Made by a program: the position numbers and the translations under genes. Below are positions 12,791 to 27,300 of a stretch of DNA of 64,000 bases, piece by piece. The stretch lies in contig CM082578.2 in the NCBI GenBank assembly GCA_040954595.2, positions 4,632,831 through 4,696,830 of the forward strand, written 5' to 3'. The stretch comes from Balanoglossus misakiensis (taxonomy: Eukaryota; Animalia; Hemichordata). The notes beneath the pieces are model-generated. The model did not search any database. It saw only the letters and a list, made by a program, of their open reading frames with translations, and was not told the DNA's origin. Positions within the stretch are counted from its first letter, which is position 1, and each line of letters starts with the position of its first letter.

Positions 12791-12976
12791 ACAGAACTTC
12801 ATGACCTCTGCGCGCGATCTGTGCAATATGGATTTTATTTTCACTCGTGAGAAGGTGTATTCTTCTGCATTTTTACTCGCTATCGCTCGTAAAAATACTC
12901 GGAAGAATACACCTTCTCACTCATGAAAATAAAATCCATATTGCACAGATCGCGCGCAGAGGTCATGAAGTTCTGT
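12791..12976. repeat. Near-perfect palindrome of about 186 bp (foldback element)
   Basis: Outer arms acagaacttc...tattttca are perfectly complementary over 53 bp; further paired segments are separated by small ctc/tcg bubbles. Confidence 0.9.
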
Positions 12977-15636
12977 CATATTATTTTAATGTGCTTGGCC
13001 CGTACTTCCGTCGCGCAAGACCGAGCAATTGTTGGATTGATGCATAGAAAGTGTGCAAATCATACTAACAAAATTGCCCGCACGCATCGTTATATTTCAA
13101 ACAGAAACAGTTTACCAAGTCGGGGACATTGAGTCATTAGTCCGTTTGATGGGTTTTTGAATGTTTGGACCCCGACTAATGTTCGAGAATTTTAGTGCCT
13201 TGCTCAGTGGGGTCCCTGAGCTGGGAACTTTTTACAAGCCCAGCATCACGAATCACGCAGATCATCCGCAAGATGCCAATCCCAGAGGACCTCTTAACTC
13301 GGCGATGAAAGTAATAACTTTACAGCTGATGTTTGTGGGTTTCAAGCTGTATCGCAAATTGATGAACTTTTATTGGATATTTTAAGGACCCAACCTACTG
13401 CCGACATCTTTGAGAACCTCTCGAGCACGATCATGGCCGGGCTCGAGTCTGTCTGCTAAACTCTTTTCGGCAACATGTTTATCTTAAGCTTGGGGTAATT
13501 CAATATGCAGTTACCGTCTTTCCTTTACAGATTGCATATTTGCATTTCCCTTCCAGCTGCGTACACTCGTGAAGGTGTATTATTCTGGACAGATTCTATG
13601 TAAATGTACGCGTCTGGCGGATTTGTGTAAAGCACAGAGAGCGGATTTTTTATTTAATGATTTAAGGCGACATCGACAGACGTGGATTATTCGCGCCGCT
13701 GGCCAGCCTGATGTCACAGATATACAGATGAACACAATTTTATTTTTAAAACGCTGCAACCCTTATAAATAATTGCGAGATATTTTTATACAGAGTCCAT
13801 GTCATGAATTATGTTATATGTACATGTCGAATCTATTTTGAATGTCGAAAGTACAACTTATATGTGTCATGTTACGTTAGATTTTATGGCGATATCTCAT
13901 AAAATAAGCAGTACCCGAGTTTTCAGTAAAGTATGCTAATGTCTACCTTCAGTCATTAGTTAAATAATAATTATTCTGAGGGGAAAATCAATGAAATTTT
14001 TGACAGTTGGAAAGTTTTGAAATTTATCACGATCCCAGGAGCCAAAATACTCTAAACTGAAAAACAAGAGAATCGCACAATTATACGCGTGCATGCAGAA
14101 TCAGGCGAAATAGCAACCGATGCTTGTGTGGGGCATGATTGTGTCGGCGTAAACACAAGTCAGTGTGTCCTAAATTTTAAGGACATCATGATAATGCAAC
14201 AACCTGAAAAATTGACTGCTTTTCATCGTGATTTTCTTAAAACGATGGATATCAGTTATGCAGCTGTAGATAAATAACGACAGTATACACATAGTGTGCA
14301 TGTAAAACATGATTTGTTTGTTTGTTTGTTTGTTTGTTGAACTGTTCATAATTTTCGCCTGATTATTATTACACCAAAATACCCGTTGTTGGTGATTGCC
14401 GATGAAAACGAGTTATAAAAATGGTGGGGAAAAAGAAACTAGTCATTTACAATTGGAGACAAGTCGTTTTGCGCGGTGTTATGGTGGGCCATCTACATGA
14501 TCTAGAGCAAGAAATTTAAGTGGGGATTATTTTGAACGTTGACACCAAAAGTGGATGTTACTCCGAGAAATGCAAGCTAAATCCTCGCATCTTTTTTCGG
14601 TGTCTTTTTGCTTCTCAACTCAAACCATTATACCTGGCGCACTTAATCCACGGATGCATTATGTAATACATAGTCCGACTTCATTAAATGTTTTCCTGAA
14701 ACATTAAATTCAACATTGTTCGAAAATATTATATCAAATATGTATGCAGAGAGCATACATATTTGATAGTGGTCGATAGAGCTCCGTTGTTCTGTTTTGC
14801 TGGGGAAAAATTGAAATCGCGAATACCAGGTAAATATCAAAAATAGAAATTGATGAATGGCTTTTTATGTTAATTTTACGAAATCCGAATCGGAGCATAT
14901 GTAGGAAGGTGTGTATCATATTACGATGAGCCCTTACATTAACTGAACCATCATTTGAGGGCGCTGTCATCTTACAGATCTTACCTTGGTCACTCCGGAA
15001 ACTTGCATATCAAATCTCACGGCAATTAGACAGGCTGTTCCGAGAAAATATGTTTAACCCAAAGGACAGACATTGACCCAAAAATACGAATTTGCCCGTA
15101 TCACTACAATTTGAAGAAATTTGACTACAGTAAAACCTAAAGAATCGCATTTTAAAACAATTCAGCGTTTCCAGACCTAAACGGCAAAAATAGTTTTCAA
15201 AACTTAAATAAGCAAATTTTACCATAATTTGAACATACATCACCCCTAGAAACCTGCATGCGAAATTTCAAACCAACTTTGACAAGGAGATTCTGAGTAA
15301 CCGGTAATTTAAGAGAAAACGTCAGTGTCGACGAAAGAACAAAGGACAGACGGACGGACGGACACACAATCACCCTGTCAGATGATAAGCTCCGCGTCGC
15401 TTACAGTGGGGCGTATTTACGGGAAACTAGAAATAAGCGCCTTGTTCCTTATATGTCCCAGCTAATTAAACGATTGTGCATTGAGACTGTGTATTATATG
15501 ATCGCTTATTTAACAGTGGTATTGAAAGTTAAACGTGCAGCGTGGGATATATGGTAAGACAAGTGAAGACGTCAGGGTTCAAGTTCACGATCGACCGTAA
15601 GTGGCGTTCAAGACTTCGAAATATTCTTGCACTGAG

Positions 15637-15679
<43 letters not shown>

Positions 15680-15741
15680 CCACCACCACCACCACCACCA
15701 CCACCACGGCCACGGCCACCACCACCACCACCACCACCACC
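15637..15741. repeat. Compound (ATC)n(ACC)n microsatellite
   Basis: Directly visible. Confidence 0.95.
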
Positions 15742-17234
15742 ATATATTGCTAACACAGTGACTGTCCTTCGAAGATTGATTTTGGTGACTGTATTCTGAA
15801 TTGGAAGGGAAGAGATGTTTTAGACATGAATTTTATAAACACACAATATACAAGTCAAAGATCTGACGTCCACTCACTAGACCAACTACGCACCAGATAC
15901 TATTCTTTGTACGCATATGTATTTTAATTAGTCCAACGTGTTGGCTTCCAGAGAACAAAAGTCGCCATTTTTCAGACCTTCTCCCCTTCCAATACTGTTA
16001 TATCAGAATATGACCATTGGCTAAGTGTTTTATTCAAGAAACTGGCAGTTTGTTTCATGTCAATATATGACAATAGGATATTTTTATTAAATTCTTGAAG
16101 AGATTTCGAGTTAAAATATATTTCAAATTTTAGTTCATTTTATTTAATTCTCATTAGTAACATGTATATGTTTTGAAATGTATCATAGTAATGAAATGTA
16201 TCATAGTAATTTTAGACGGACAGTTATTCCGTCTAGCAGAAATAATCGAGATAAAATAGAAATACCCCGTCGATTTTGACATGAAGGACTAACAAACATC
16301 CGTCCAAGCCGAAGCAACAGGCCAGCCTTATATTCGATTTGTATTCTGTGGAGCAAGCAAGCTATAGAGGTCTATACACTTTCAGCTTTATATTGCAAGT
16401 AGTGCATGGCTGGTCTTTTATTCTGACACCTGTTCTTGTTTCATTGTGTACTCCTGCCAGGGGAGGGTGCGCCGCCCGAATAGTAAGAGGAGTGGCGCTG
16501 TTTAGGTGGAGGGAGCCTGCAGCTGTTGGCCGGATGAGGCTTTGATCTGGGCATACTTAGCCGGAAAACACACGTACTGAGCTGATCAGACCTGTGTCTC
16601 AGACCGCATGGTAAACGACACACGTCACAGGTCACAGAGTATGTCAACATTCATGCCACTTGAAGAAGTGAGTGAGTAAACTGAAACTTCAAACAGGATA
16701 TTCAAACAAAGTTCAGCGTTTATGAATAATATCTGGTCATTTGCTTATACCATCGATATGTAACATTTAGGCACAATTCGTATAGATCATGGGAGAAAAA
16801 AAAACTCACGTATCTCTTAAATGACAATACCAGCATATTCAAGTATTAGAGTTTGGGAGATTGTTTAGAGAGATTAACAGATACACGCCGTTTACTGTTT
16901 TCCGTTTCTTGCACCAATGGCGCTATATTTGCGCCGTTGAAGAATTCCAAGTGACGTCATCCTTCCCTGCATCCCTTTGAGATAGACAGACAGTCCTTTG
17001 CGTTTCAAAATCACAAATCGTCACCTATTTGTAAAATATTGAGTAATTAAAATGTTGGCGTATTTTGATTTTTCATAACATAATGACAAGTACAATAAAA
17101 ATAAATAAGTTACGTCATTTTGACGCTAATCGTGACGTTCGATGGCGAATTCAATGTCATGAGAATACTGCGGAAAGCAAACTGCCACGATTGTCGAATA
17201 AGTTTAATTTTCATATGAACAGTTCCGTGATGAG

Positions 17235-17593
17235 TTAATGTGACGTCGTAGAAGTGACTGATGCTTCTATGGTAACTAACTGAATCACTTCTTCATACGA
17301 CGGTGGGGGCGTTCTCCCATTGCGTTCAACATCGGGAATTGCTCCGTTCTCCAGCATAGAGTCCGTCACTTCTAAAACACTGATGGCAGGCGTTGGAACA
17401 GCTATCGTCGAGGGCGCTGTGTCAATGTTTGTGACGTGGGGACCTGTTGGTTGTGTTTCTCGACTGGAATTTGACAGGAAAGATTCTGTTCTCGGTGATC
17501 TGTTGATGTAAGGTTTGGGTCGACCGTTTTCACTGCCACGTAATCCTTCAAATCGGCTGTACCACTGCGGACGATAGCCCTGGTATTCACGAC
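17235..17593 (-). CDS. Gene B terminal exon, cytoplasmic tail GREYQGYRPQWYSRF...TPPPSYEEVIQLVTIEASVTSTTSH*
   Basis: Phase-1 acceptor ttccatctag|; 118 open codons then TAA; PPSY motif. Confidence 0.85.
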
Positions 17594-20500
17594 CTAGATG
17601 GAATGAATCAGATATTAGTTCGGCAGTTGCAACGTGTTTTCTCTCTAGAGTGAAAATATAAAAAGCACACGCTCCAACAGCGAATAACGGATCGACTGAC
17701 TGACTGACTGACTAATTGGTTAGTTGATGGATGGATGAATGGATGGCGGCGGTGGTGGTGTAGGCGGTAGGTGTGCATTCATTGAATTTTCATTGATTGG
17801 CTGATTCATTCATTCATTCATTCGTTCATTCATTCATTCATTCATTCGTTCATTCATTCATTCATTCGTTCGTTCATTCATTCATTCATTCATTCACTCG
17901 TTCATTCATTCATTCGTTCGTTTGTTCGTTTATTCATTCATCCGTCTAATCATTTAACCATCCATGCATCCATACATCCATACATCCATACATACATACA
18001 TACATACATACATACATACATACATACATACATACATACATACATACATACATACATACATACATACATACATACATACATACATACATACATACATACA
18101 TACATACATGCATGCATACATGCATGCATGCATTACATTTCTTGCTAAATATCCTCATTTTTAACATTTTGATTGATTGACCTGTTCGTTCGTTCTTTCA
18201 TTCCAATCCATCGTTCCATCCATCAGTTCGGTTTCTGGGTTCCTCCGTTCATACAAGACATCATTTATTCATTTATATTTTAATTCGTTCAGTCAGTCAG
18301 TCATTTTTATGCCAAAGAAGACGATCCGTTGGAACACTTATCGTTAAAAATTCCATTTATAGTCCGTCCTTTTTAATTGACAGTTTTTCAAATTGTTCTG
18401 CGATTTTGCAGAACTAACCTTTATATGGTGGTACCATATATAATTATTTAGCCTCGATAATAAACGCGTTTACAATTGTGTTTCGAAATATTTTGCTGAA
18501 GAGCACCATACTCTTACAAGTAGAAATCAACGCCATGAAAAAAAATGTGAAATGAAAATGCAAGAAAGCAAGTTAAACAGCTTCAAAATGGCGTCATCAA
18601 AATATGATGGGATCTAAAGAGGCGCTTATGACGTTATAATTGTAATGTCCGAGCGACCATATACGCCCAACGGACAAAACTGAGCCAGTGTTGACGTGAA
18701 CTCACTGACAAGTCTGTAACATCCTGATGACCAACTAATCGACCATAAAAAGTGTCTCGTTAATAACAAATGACTGGATCATCTTTTAGAGCGAGGACAT
18801 TAAATAATTTCAGTGCCATCAATGTTTGTACATATTTGCCATAGCATATCAACATTATTTATGACAACGTTTTTGAAAGTATCATAATTGAGAACTCGAA
18901 GGTTTACTAAATCGAATGATACGTCATCGTGCAGGATTTTCGTTCCACTGCCACTTAGGGGCTATTTCCGACACCATTCCCCTGAAATTCCATGCATTTC
19001 AAATCAAAATGGCGACTGGAAGTCAAGGCGCCCTTGATGGGCAGCATTGGAGTCGTTTCAGGAAACTACAGCTCAGCGCTATCAAGGTGGTTGATGAATT
19101 ACACGTCTTGTGTCAGCTACATACAGGTCAGTGATTTATGAGGTGAACGATCATAGGTGATGCCGTGTTTATACTGAATATTACCGTGAAGAGTGTTGTT
19201 TGAAGAAAAAAGGCGCTAAGAAGATATTTTTGTGAGCATACTAGGCTCCTTAAACTGACTTCTGGATACACCTACATGTATAATTTATCCTAAATGTTTG
19301 TTATCGAAAAAGATTGGACATAATGTCGCCTCTTATTTCCTCCTTTGCGTTGAAAGAAGCATATACACTTTTGTGGTACGGTCCCATGAGTAAACATATG
19401 ATTCGCTATATCTTCAGTATCCGGGTGACAAATGACGATGGACTTCTAATATGCCTAACATCGAATGGAAGAATCATTCAAATATTCATTAAATTCACTG
19501 CTGTCGAATTATGACAACCGACACTGAACGACGCTGTCTTTAGGAGTAAGCGGAGACTTCTCACCATCAGGCGTTCTCAGTGTGACGATGCCGGAGCCCG
19601 CATTCGTTTGACTCCGTTGACGCTTTTTCTTCGAATTCCTCATGGCCACGCACACACAGCAAAGGCACTGGGCGATCACAGCCACAACAATGCCGACAAC
19701 CGCCATGATTATAGTGTTCTTGGACGTTTTCTGTCCTCCGTCTGATTCGGCGTCTGACTCTTGTTCGTACGAATCTGGATGGAGAAAGGAATTCAAGTAT
19801 GGTTACAGGGCTCGCGTGGATACTTGTGTCGCATGCGTCACACATGTACATAATATTACTCTAGTCATCCATCGCCCATGTGCATTCGTCAAATTTAGTG
19901 GCGGGACATTCAGGCAAATTGAAGGCATTCCTATGTGAACAGACTACTCACTTTGTCGTGTCAAGCTTGGCGCTTGGAGTCTGTATGCAAATCAGAGTTT
20001 TAAACAATGGCGAAACGTAATTTTGCTCTCTCATTCATAAGTTTACACTGTGTCATGTGATCCCCGATGTTTATTCTGTTATTCTAAAATTGGAGAGAAA
20101 GCTGATCTAAAGTTGCCTTGAGGAAGATATGCGGTAAAATTTAGGACTCCGATTTTCGAGGCGCATACAACCTTATACTGTATGGTGTGTGCTTCAGACT
20201 TAACAGAACAGACGTTTTCTGTGCCTGAATGTTACTCTCCTGCATGGCTTCTTTCAAATTGCAGTCATAGAGTAGTTGTCAGTCACTGAAGGCAAATTGC
20301 ACGGAACACGTACCATTAGAACTAAAAAATGTGTTAATTTTTGGTTGAAGCGACAGCCTCTGGAAACTTTTGTTCAAAGTGCTATCCTATGCAACGCAAT
20401 GAATCTACCTTGCAGACAGCAATGCGTGCCAGAATGGTTGGCGATAGTAATAATACATGTAGAAAATAGGTACACGTATAGTGGTCTAGCGGTGACGTCA

Positions 20501-23500
20501 TCTCCAGGAAAGTCTATTGAATTTTATATGATGAACTTCCTTTCGTTTATCCAAAAACAAACCAGGAACATCCCTATCTGCAGTAATGTAACACAGTAAT
20601 GTACATCAATATGCATATCTGCCAAAGGCTATCACCAAAAAGCAAGAAACGCTAGCCAGATCATGATTTTTTTTTGTCTTTTAGAAATATTGATTATCAA
20701 AAAACAACGTTGTTTTCGATGTGAATTAAGCATTGCCCCCCGCGGCGGGCGGCTGTACACGAGATTTAGGTATAATTCCATACAGCACGAGTCAGTGGAG
20801 CAAATTGTACCCAAATGGAGTATATACCTGACTGCGGCGGTTATTGCTGTTATGTTGAATCAAAAATGACTTTCTGGCATTTCAGTGTCATTTTCTTAAC
20901 GAAACAGTGTCAGAAGCAGTTAGCAACGCGATATTGAGCATTTTAGCATCGCTGGATCTAAACTCTCGTTCAATCAGAATGAAGGATGGTAGCATGATAT
21001 ACTATAATGACCCTTTTCAGAAGTAGTAGAATTTCGGATATGCATTATCCATACTGTATTGTATGTGTTTTCATTGAGTGTATCGGCGATGGATGCATGT
21101 TCAGATTTTATCGAATATTGTTGATGCCCGGTAATTTACATGTGGAAGCATATGTGTTGCATCTTCTTATAAATTCTCGTTTTTCCCGGGAAGAATACAA
21201 CAGTTGTGAAGGTTTTTTTGTTCATCGTGGAACGGGACTTATCAGCATGAAACGACACCTCGGGGACGCAAGAGAGATCCTTTATGGTAGATAGACCGAT
21301 GGGCGCCGCGCTGGAAAAGTCCGAACCCTGATTATCACATAATTCGCATTTATGTATTTGAAATGTTGTATTGCTTAGAGAGAAAACCACAGATTTGACA
21401 CAAGTGACGTCAGTGACATTTGTATTCTTGTCTGGCATGAACGAAATAATCACTCCAGATGCCAACTGTCATAATTGAAGGTTTCGTCCTTCACGTTCAC
21501 GGAACAAAAAAAAAACAGTGCGTGCAGTTTGTAAATCGTAGTTTTATCCTTTACTGTTACTTCTATTTTTCTCTCAATAACTCCGACGAACTTACCCCAT
21601 TCTTGACAGGTTTAGTTTACTTGCGTAAATCTGCAGGTAAGATTTCCACTGACGTCAGATTTGGAATAGAGGCGACATTATATAGCTGCCCGTTTATAAA
21701 GGACTGCTCTGTTCTAATTGCCGCGCGCTAATCTTCGATGCCAGACAAATACTCACACAAGGAGAACACTGTCTCTTGGTGATGGAGGCGTGCATATGTT
21801 GTATATAACCGTCTCCCTGGTGCGAATTTCTGCATATCGTGATGAGATGCAGATAGAGAAGTTGACTCACCAACGAACACATCGCATCTCTCTCCAGTAT
21901 GTCGATCATCACAGGAACAGACACCGTGCGGCATGCAGGTCCCACCGTTCTCACAATCACCGTCGTACGCGCAGTCGAATTCTTCCTCCCCGTTCAGACC
22001 ATCAACGATGCCGTATTTGACGTTCAAATACTCCTCATAATTGTCTACCGGGAGAAGAAAGAATAAAATAGAGTGATTTACATTCCTTTTACAGCCGTTT
22101 TGTTCGTATCTAGCGATGACTCAAATTTAACATGTCTGGCCTGCCAAAGTAAACTGACAAATGAAAACGGATCATGTTTTTTTCAACTTTAATGTACAGT
22201 GAAGATGTTTCAGTAATAGGGTTTGTGAGTGTTTGATTCAGTGTGACAACGCGCCCGTTGTACGGCACTCTTTATGATGTGCTTCTGAGAAATCCCACAC
22301 TTTTTATTCTGTCCACAGACCCGTGCTGTGCGGTGATTTAAACACGGCATTGGCGTATTCATTTTAAACGTGAGATAAAAATGAATTTAGTAAAACAATT
22401 TGCACATTGATTCGAGAAGGACGCACTAAAAATAATGCCAAAGATGCTGTACATCTATATGATTGGAAATTTACACACTAATTATAGCCGAACGTTTTTT
22501 AATGTGAAGAAAGCTGAAGCGAATGTCGTTTCAGACATTGAATTTCTTTCACATTAGACCGAAACCTAGTATTAGACTTAACAAGAAGCATGTGTCTTAA
22601 GATATCCTTCAATAGCCAAATTAGGCCACGCGTTTTGACCGAAGGCGATTCATGACGGCAAAGGTTTTAGCCTAAAAAAGTCTAAATTGCACCACGGGAA
22701 GCTCCCCAACCCTAATGGTGTCAGCGGAAGACTTATTAGTACATTATTTCATATAAGCACATTATTTCTGCACAGAAAACTTGTTTCAGTATCTCTAGAG
22801 ACGCACCCGAAACCGTTAACGTGTTGTTTATACGGCAAGTCTCCTGGACTTCACTGAGACGTTCAAAAGGAATGCATTCTATGGAGATATGGATCCTCAG
22901 GACACCCCAACAATACGTTAATATTCACTTCAGTAGCCATTCGAAAACAAAATTAAAAATGACAAGACATTACTTCACATCAATGAATACTTAAAATCGC
23001 GAATAACCGTCATGGATCAGAATAGATACGAGAGGCGTACTTATGAATCCAAGTTCTTTACACTCCTACTGTTGCCTTTTGATGACGTCATCACAAAAGA
23101 TGGCAGGTAACCTTCATTCGCCATCAGTGTTGTTGACCTTTTGGGGCGCTTTCTGTGCGGCCTTTCTTCTTGAAGCGGATTATGCACAGATGCAGTGCCT
23201 CAGTAAACCAGGAAATGGCGATAAAACGGAAAGTAACAGCTTGAAGCAAGCAAATAGACATACCGTATTCACACTTGTCCCCATAGTAACCAGGTACGCA
23301 AGCGCACATCTTGGATAAAGAAAGGCAGGTTCCGTGATTTAAACACTCACAGTCGTCGACTACATTTAAAAAATGAGAAAAATCGATAGTGAGTAATACA
23401 ATTCTCACAACAGTCTAGCGGACTATTCAGTATATCAATTTCAGAGTCCAGAATATGCAGAGTACAAGAACGATGATTATGTGCGTGTATTATTCGCATT

Positions 23501-24316
23501 ATATTCGAATGTCTGAATTGTGTCTAACTATAAAGCGAGTCGGTCAAAGTGTATGAAATCTCGCCAGCCCTTTCTATCCTTTGAGATTTCGTTAACTAAA
23601 TATGCGCGCAATGTGTTCGTTCGACTCTGTCATTACATGTATTTGTATATGTTTTATTTATAATACTTTTTCTTCTTATCTTTGTGAGTCGCGCATGTCT
23701 ATCTGAGAACTCGGCAGTGCTTTTTCAATCACATTACTCTGTAATTTTAAATTAAGTTTTAGACAAGAAATGTTGTTTCTAAAACATTCATGGACATGGT
23801 CGTGCGCGTTCGAGGTATGGATTCTTCTTCAAGTCGGTATCACTTTACAGACACGACAAGCAACAATATCGAGGCTGAATCAGACTCTCTGGGCACATGT
23901 TGACTTAATCCAAAGAAGATGGAAATCGCATAAGATTATTAACCTTTACGGGAAAGGCGAATTTTAGATAAAAAGGAGAATCTGTATGGCATTTAATGTC
24001 ATGTACTCTTGTGAGAGTACACATGCAGCCCTCTGCTTTCCCGGGCCCTCCGGCGTTGTTACTCAGACGGTACTTTTAGCCCACCGTCTACTTGTACCGC
24101 ATCTTGCTAAAAAAATTGAAAGGAAATGGTATGATTGCCCTATTCTTCCGGTCGCCTTTTGTGAACATGTATTTCCACTTTTCCTTTTCCGCCTTCATAC
24201 AATCTTTCATGCTGACGTTTAATTTTGTGTAATTGTGTGGGCTTCTGCAATTTTGTCTCGGTCTCTCGCCATCCAGTCTGCTGTCTAGATCTCAAACTCG
24301 CTTGTTCGGTGCTTGC

Positions 24317-24363
<47 letters not shown>

Positions 24364-27300
24364 TAGGCAGGCAGGCATAGGCAGGCAGACAGAGACAGAC
24401 CGGGGGACGGATTGATGTCTGGATGAAAGATGGGTGGTCATTTGTGTATCTGCATTTGTGTATATAGTTGCGTCCCTGTGTGTTTAGAACGACATATGGC
24501 GAGCCAGATGATGGAGATAAGGATAAACTGTCTGAATAATTTGGTTATTCAACCCGAAACACTTTCATTAGGAAAACGACAGTGTAGCTGTTATCATACC
24601 AAACGTTATCATTTAAAGCAAAAAACTTATATACCATACGGTCGAAAAAAATAAACCAGTCTGACAAAATAGCAGGACTTTCTTTCATTCTATTGTTCTG
24701 ACCGAAAATACATAAACAGTAGATATATCGTGATCACACAAGGTGGGTAGTACAAATGACAAAATAGTTTACGTGTTTTTACGGTTTTGTTGTTGTTGTT
24801 TTTCCAAGCCAGTTTTATAGACAAAATGACTCCTCTTTGTATTATTCCACTTCCTTTTTATCGACATTAATGCAAGGAGGATTCGCAGTGTAGTCTCAAA
24901 CGACTTGATAAATATTTATTTTTATGGGATTTATAGATCTCCAACAGAACTTAGACATTCTGGAAGTGTGTATTCAGTAGTAAGAAAGTCGACTATTGTG
25001 TGCAGTATGCGACGATGGATGTTCCCGTTGGCGCCAAACATCTTCAGGAATTATCTCACGCGGATGTGTAATGATGAGGTCGACACGCACATTCACCAAG
25101 CCGCTCAAACAGGCACATCAAATTGAAATAACAAAGGAAATAAAAATGAGTCGCTTGCAGCAATTATTTCATGAAATTTGCATCCTCACCTCACTAAGTA
25201 CATTTCAACCACAGGCTTTCGGTTTTAACTTTGAAAGTGAACACATTTTTATTTGACCTAATTTAACTGAAATATGAGTTTTTGACCTGGCAAGAAACCA
25301 AAGATTAAAGACATCTGTGTGACCACAGCTTTAATAATTAATTTTAATCATGGCGACTTTTGTAATCGGAAGCACAAGGAGTGGGTGGAATTTCGTGCAG
25401 AATATGTTACTCCTAGAGGGACCTATTGGGAGGCTTGAAAGGTCACAACACAATGCGTGGTTATTATATTTGGCCATCAAATGATAGATGAGTTATAGTA
25501 TTCAATTGAAAATTCACTATTAACAGTAATGCAATATTGCATCATACAAGAGGCTTGTGTTTCTTGCACTGGTTCCGTTTTATTATGACGTCATTCTATC
25601 ACAACCAGATGATCAGTCAACACAATGTTTTAAACTGGAAGCATTCAGGAAAGACTTGTTTGACGATTCAACTGGCGATAAGTTTTACAGTCCCCTACTG
25701 CAAAGACGAAGAGTTGGGTTTGAAGGCGCAATTGACATCAATATGAATTTAAATTTTAACGCGCTTTCCGCAACCAAGGTGACCTGTTTACACCTTCAGG
25801 TCTGTCACGTGCGATTATCAATATTTGAAAGATACTTCAAAGTGCGATCTCTGCTAAATTAGACGAGATCTTTTCAACTAGTGTTGGCACAAACCTCACC
25901 GGATTTGGATAATCACCTTACCTTATCTGCCTAACAATCCATACAAAGATATCGTAGGAGTTTCCGCGGACGAAAAGGTGACAACTACATTAGCCGCGGA
26001 CAAGTCTTTTATACAGAGGAGTTTACGTTTTGACTTCGTTAAGGTTACTGATTAGTACGGCCACAAGATGATTAATGTTTTCCTAGAAAGTATAAAAGAT
26101 ATTACTGTCTGCGGAGGTCTATTGAGTTGCATACTGTGTCTGGGGGCAGTTATTTTCTGTTTTCTCTCACTGGGAATTATGGTTGACCACGGACCCTTCA
26201 GAAACAAACTTTTTGATCAAGATTCCAACCAAACGCCGCCGCTTAGTTAATATGGTCACATCTTAATTGCGTTTGTGTTATATTCGCTACTTTCAAGGTT
26301 TTTTTTTTTAATGAAAAAGCTAAATTATTACTGTCCATGGCATTTCTGGTATGATAACTTTCAGAAAAAATATGATCACCCCCCCCCCGGGAATAAGCGT
26401 GTGTCACTTCTTGCAGAATTTCTTTATTCGTGCAGTCTTTTCACAAATCTGAATGTGTAGGGATTGTTTCATGTAACTCTCTTGATAAGACAAATTGATA
26501 TATTAATGACGTCACCAGTTTGACCAAGCCTTTCGTGTCTATTTACCTCCGCCACAATTACCTTGGTGACTTGGAAATGAGAAAAAGCAAACAACAGAAA
26601 CTTTTCATATTTTGCTATTAATATAATTGATCAGCTCTAGATCGTTGTGTATATACATTTGACAATTCCTGGATACTGTAGCACTATTAATTCTTCGGCT
26701 AAGAAGATTTCCGAGTGAGACGTAACCTTAGCATTACAGATGGAGAGACAGGGATTCATAGAAAGTATACTACTTACTATGTTAAATTCTATGGAAGATA
26801 AAGAGATATTTTTAAAAATATGCCATGGCTATTACTCAAATGATGAGTGACAGCATTCATGGCAATGATCCACCCCCCCCCCCCCCCCATAGCCTAATTG
26901 GACTGCTACTTGAATCTTGACGGGCGTTGCATGCTTGCACGTTCATCCATTCCAGATACCTGGTACCACCAAAAGCAGGAGTTCAGGAAAGCCATATTGT
27001 ACATTGTAATTGGCCTATTTCCAATTTGTTTCTTGGCGCTTGAAAATGTCTTTCCATTTATCCGTGTGAGTGCCTTGAGAATTAAACATCCACTTTTAGT
27101 GTTTGATGCAAAGCGTGTCATTTTAGTTTAGTAGTTTTTCTGTGTGTTTTTTTTATCTGCAGCTGTTATCCATTTGATTTTGTTTTATAGTTGTGTTTTT
27201 TCGGTTTTTTTTATCTAATTGAGAAAGGTAATTAAGAATGGGCCTTATGCCTGTTGGTTTATCTGAACAGATGTAGTTAAATCTCATAAGCTTTTCATTT

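Noticed and set aside
15529-15799. Gly/Asp-rich 'GRGRGG' and Ser/Pro-rich ORFs resembling nucleolin or extensin
   Set aside because: Compound (ATC)n(ACC)n microsatellite, not linked to any gene model.
24060-24106. Strong minus-strand acceptor in a gene B intron
   Set aside because: All three frames stop within about 16 codons and no EGF motif follows.
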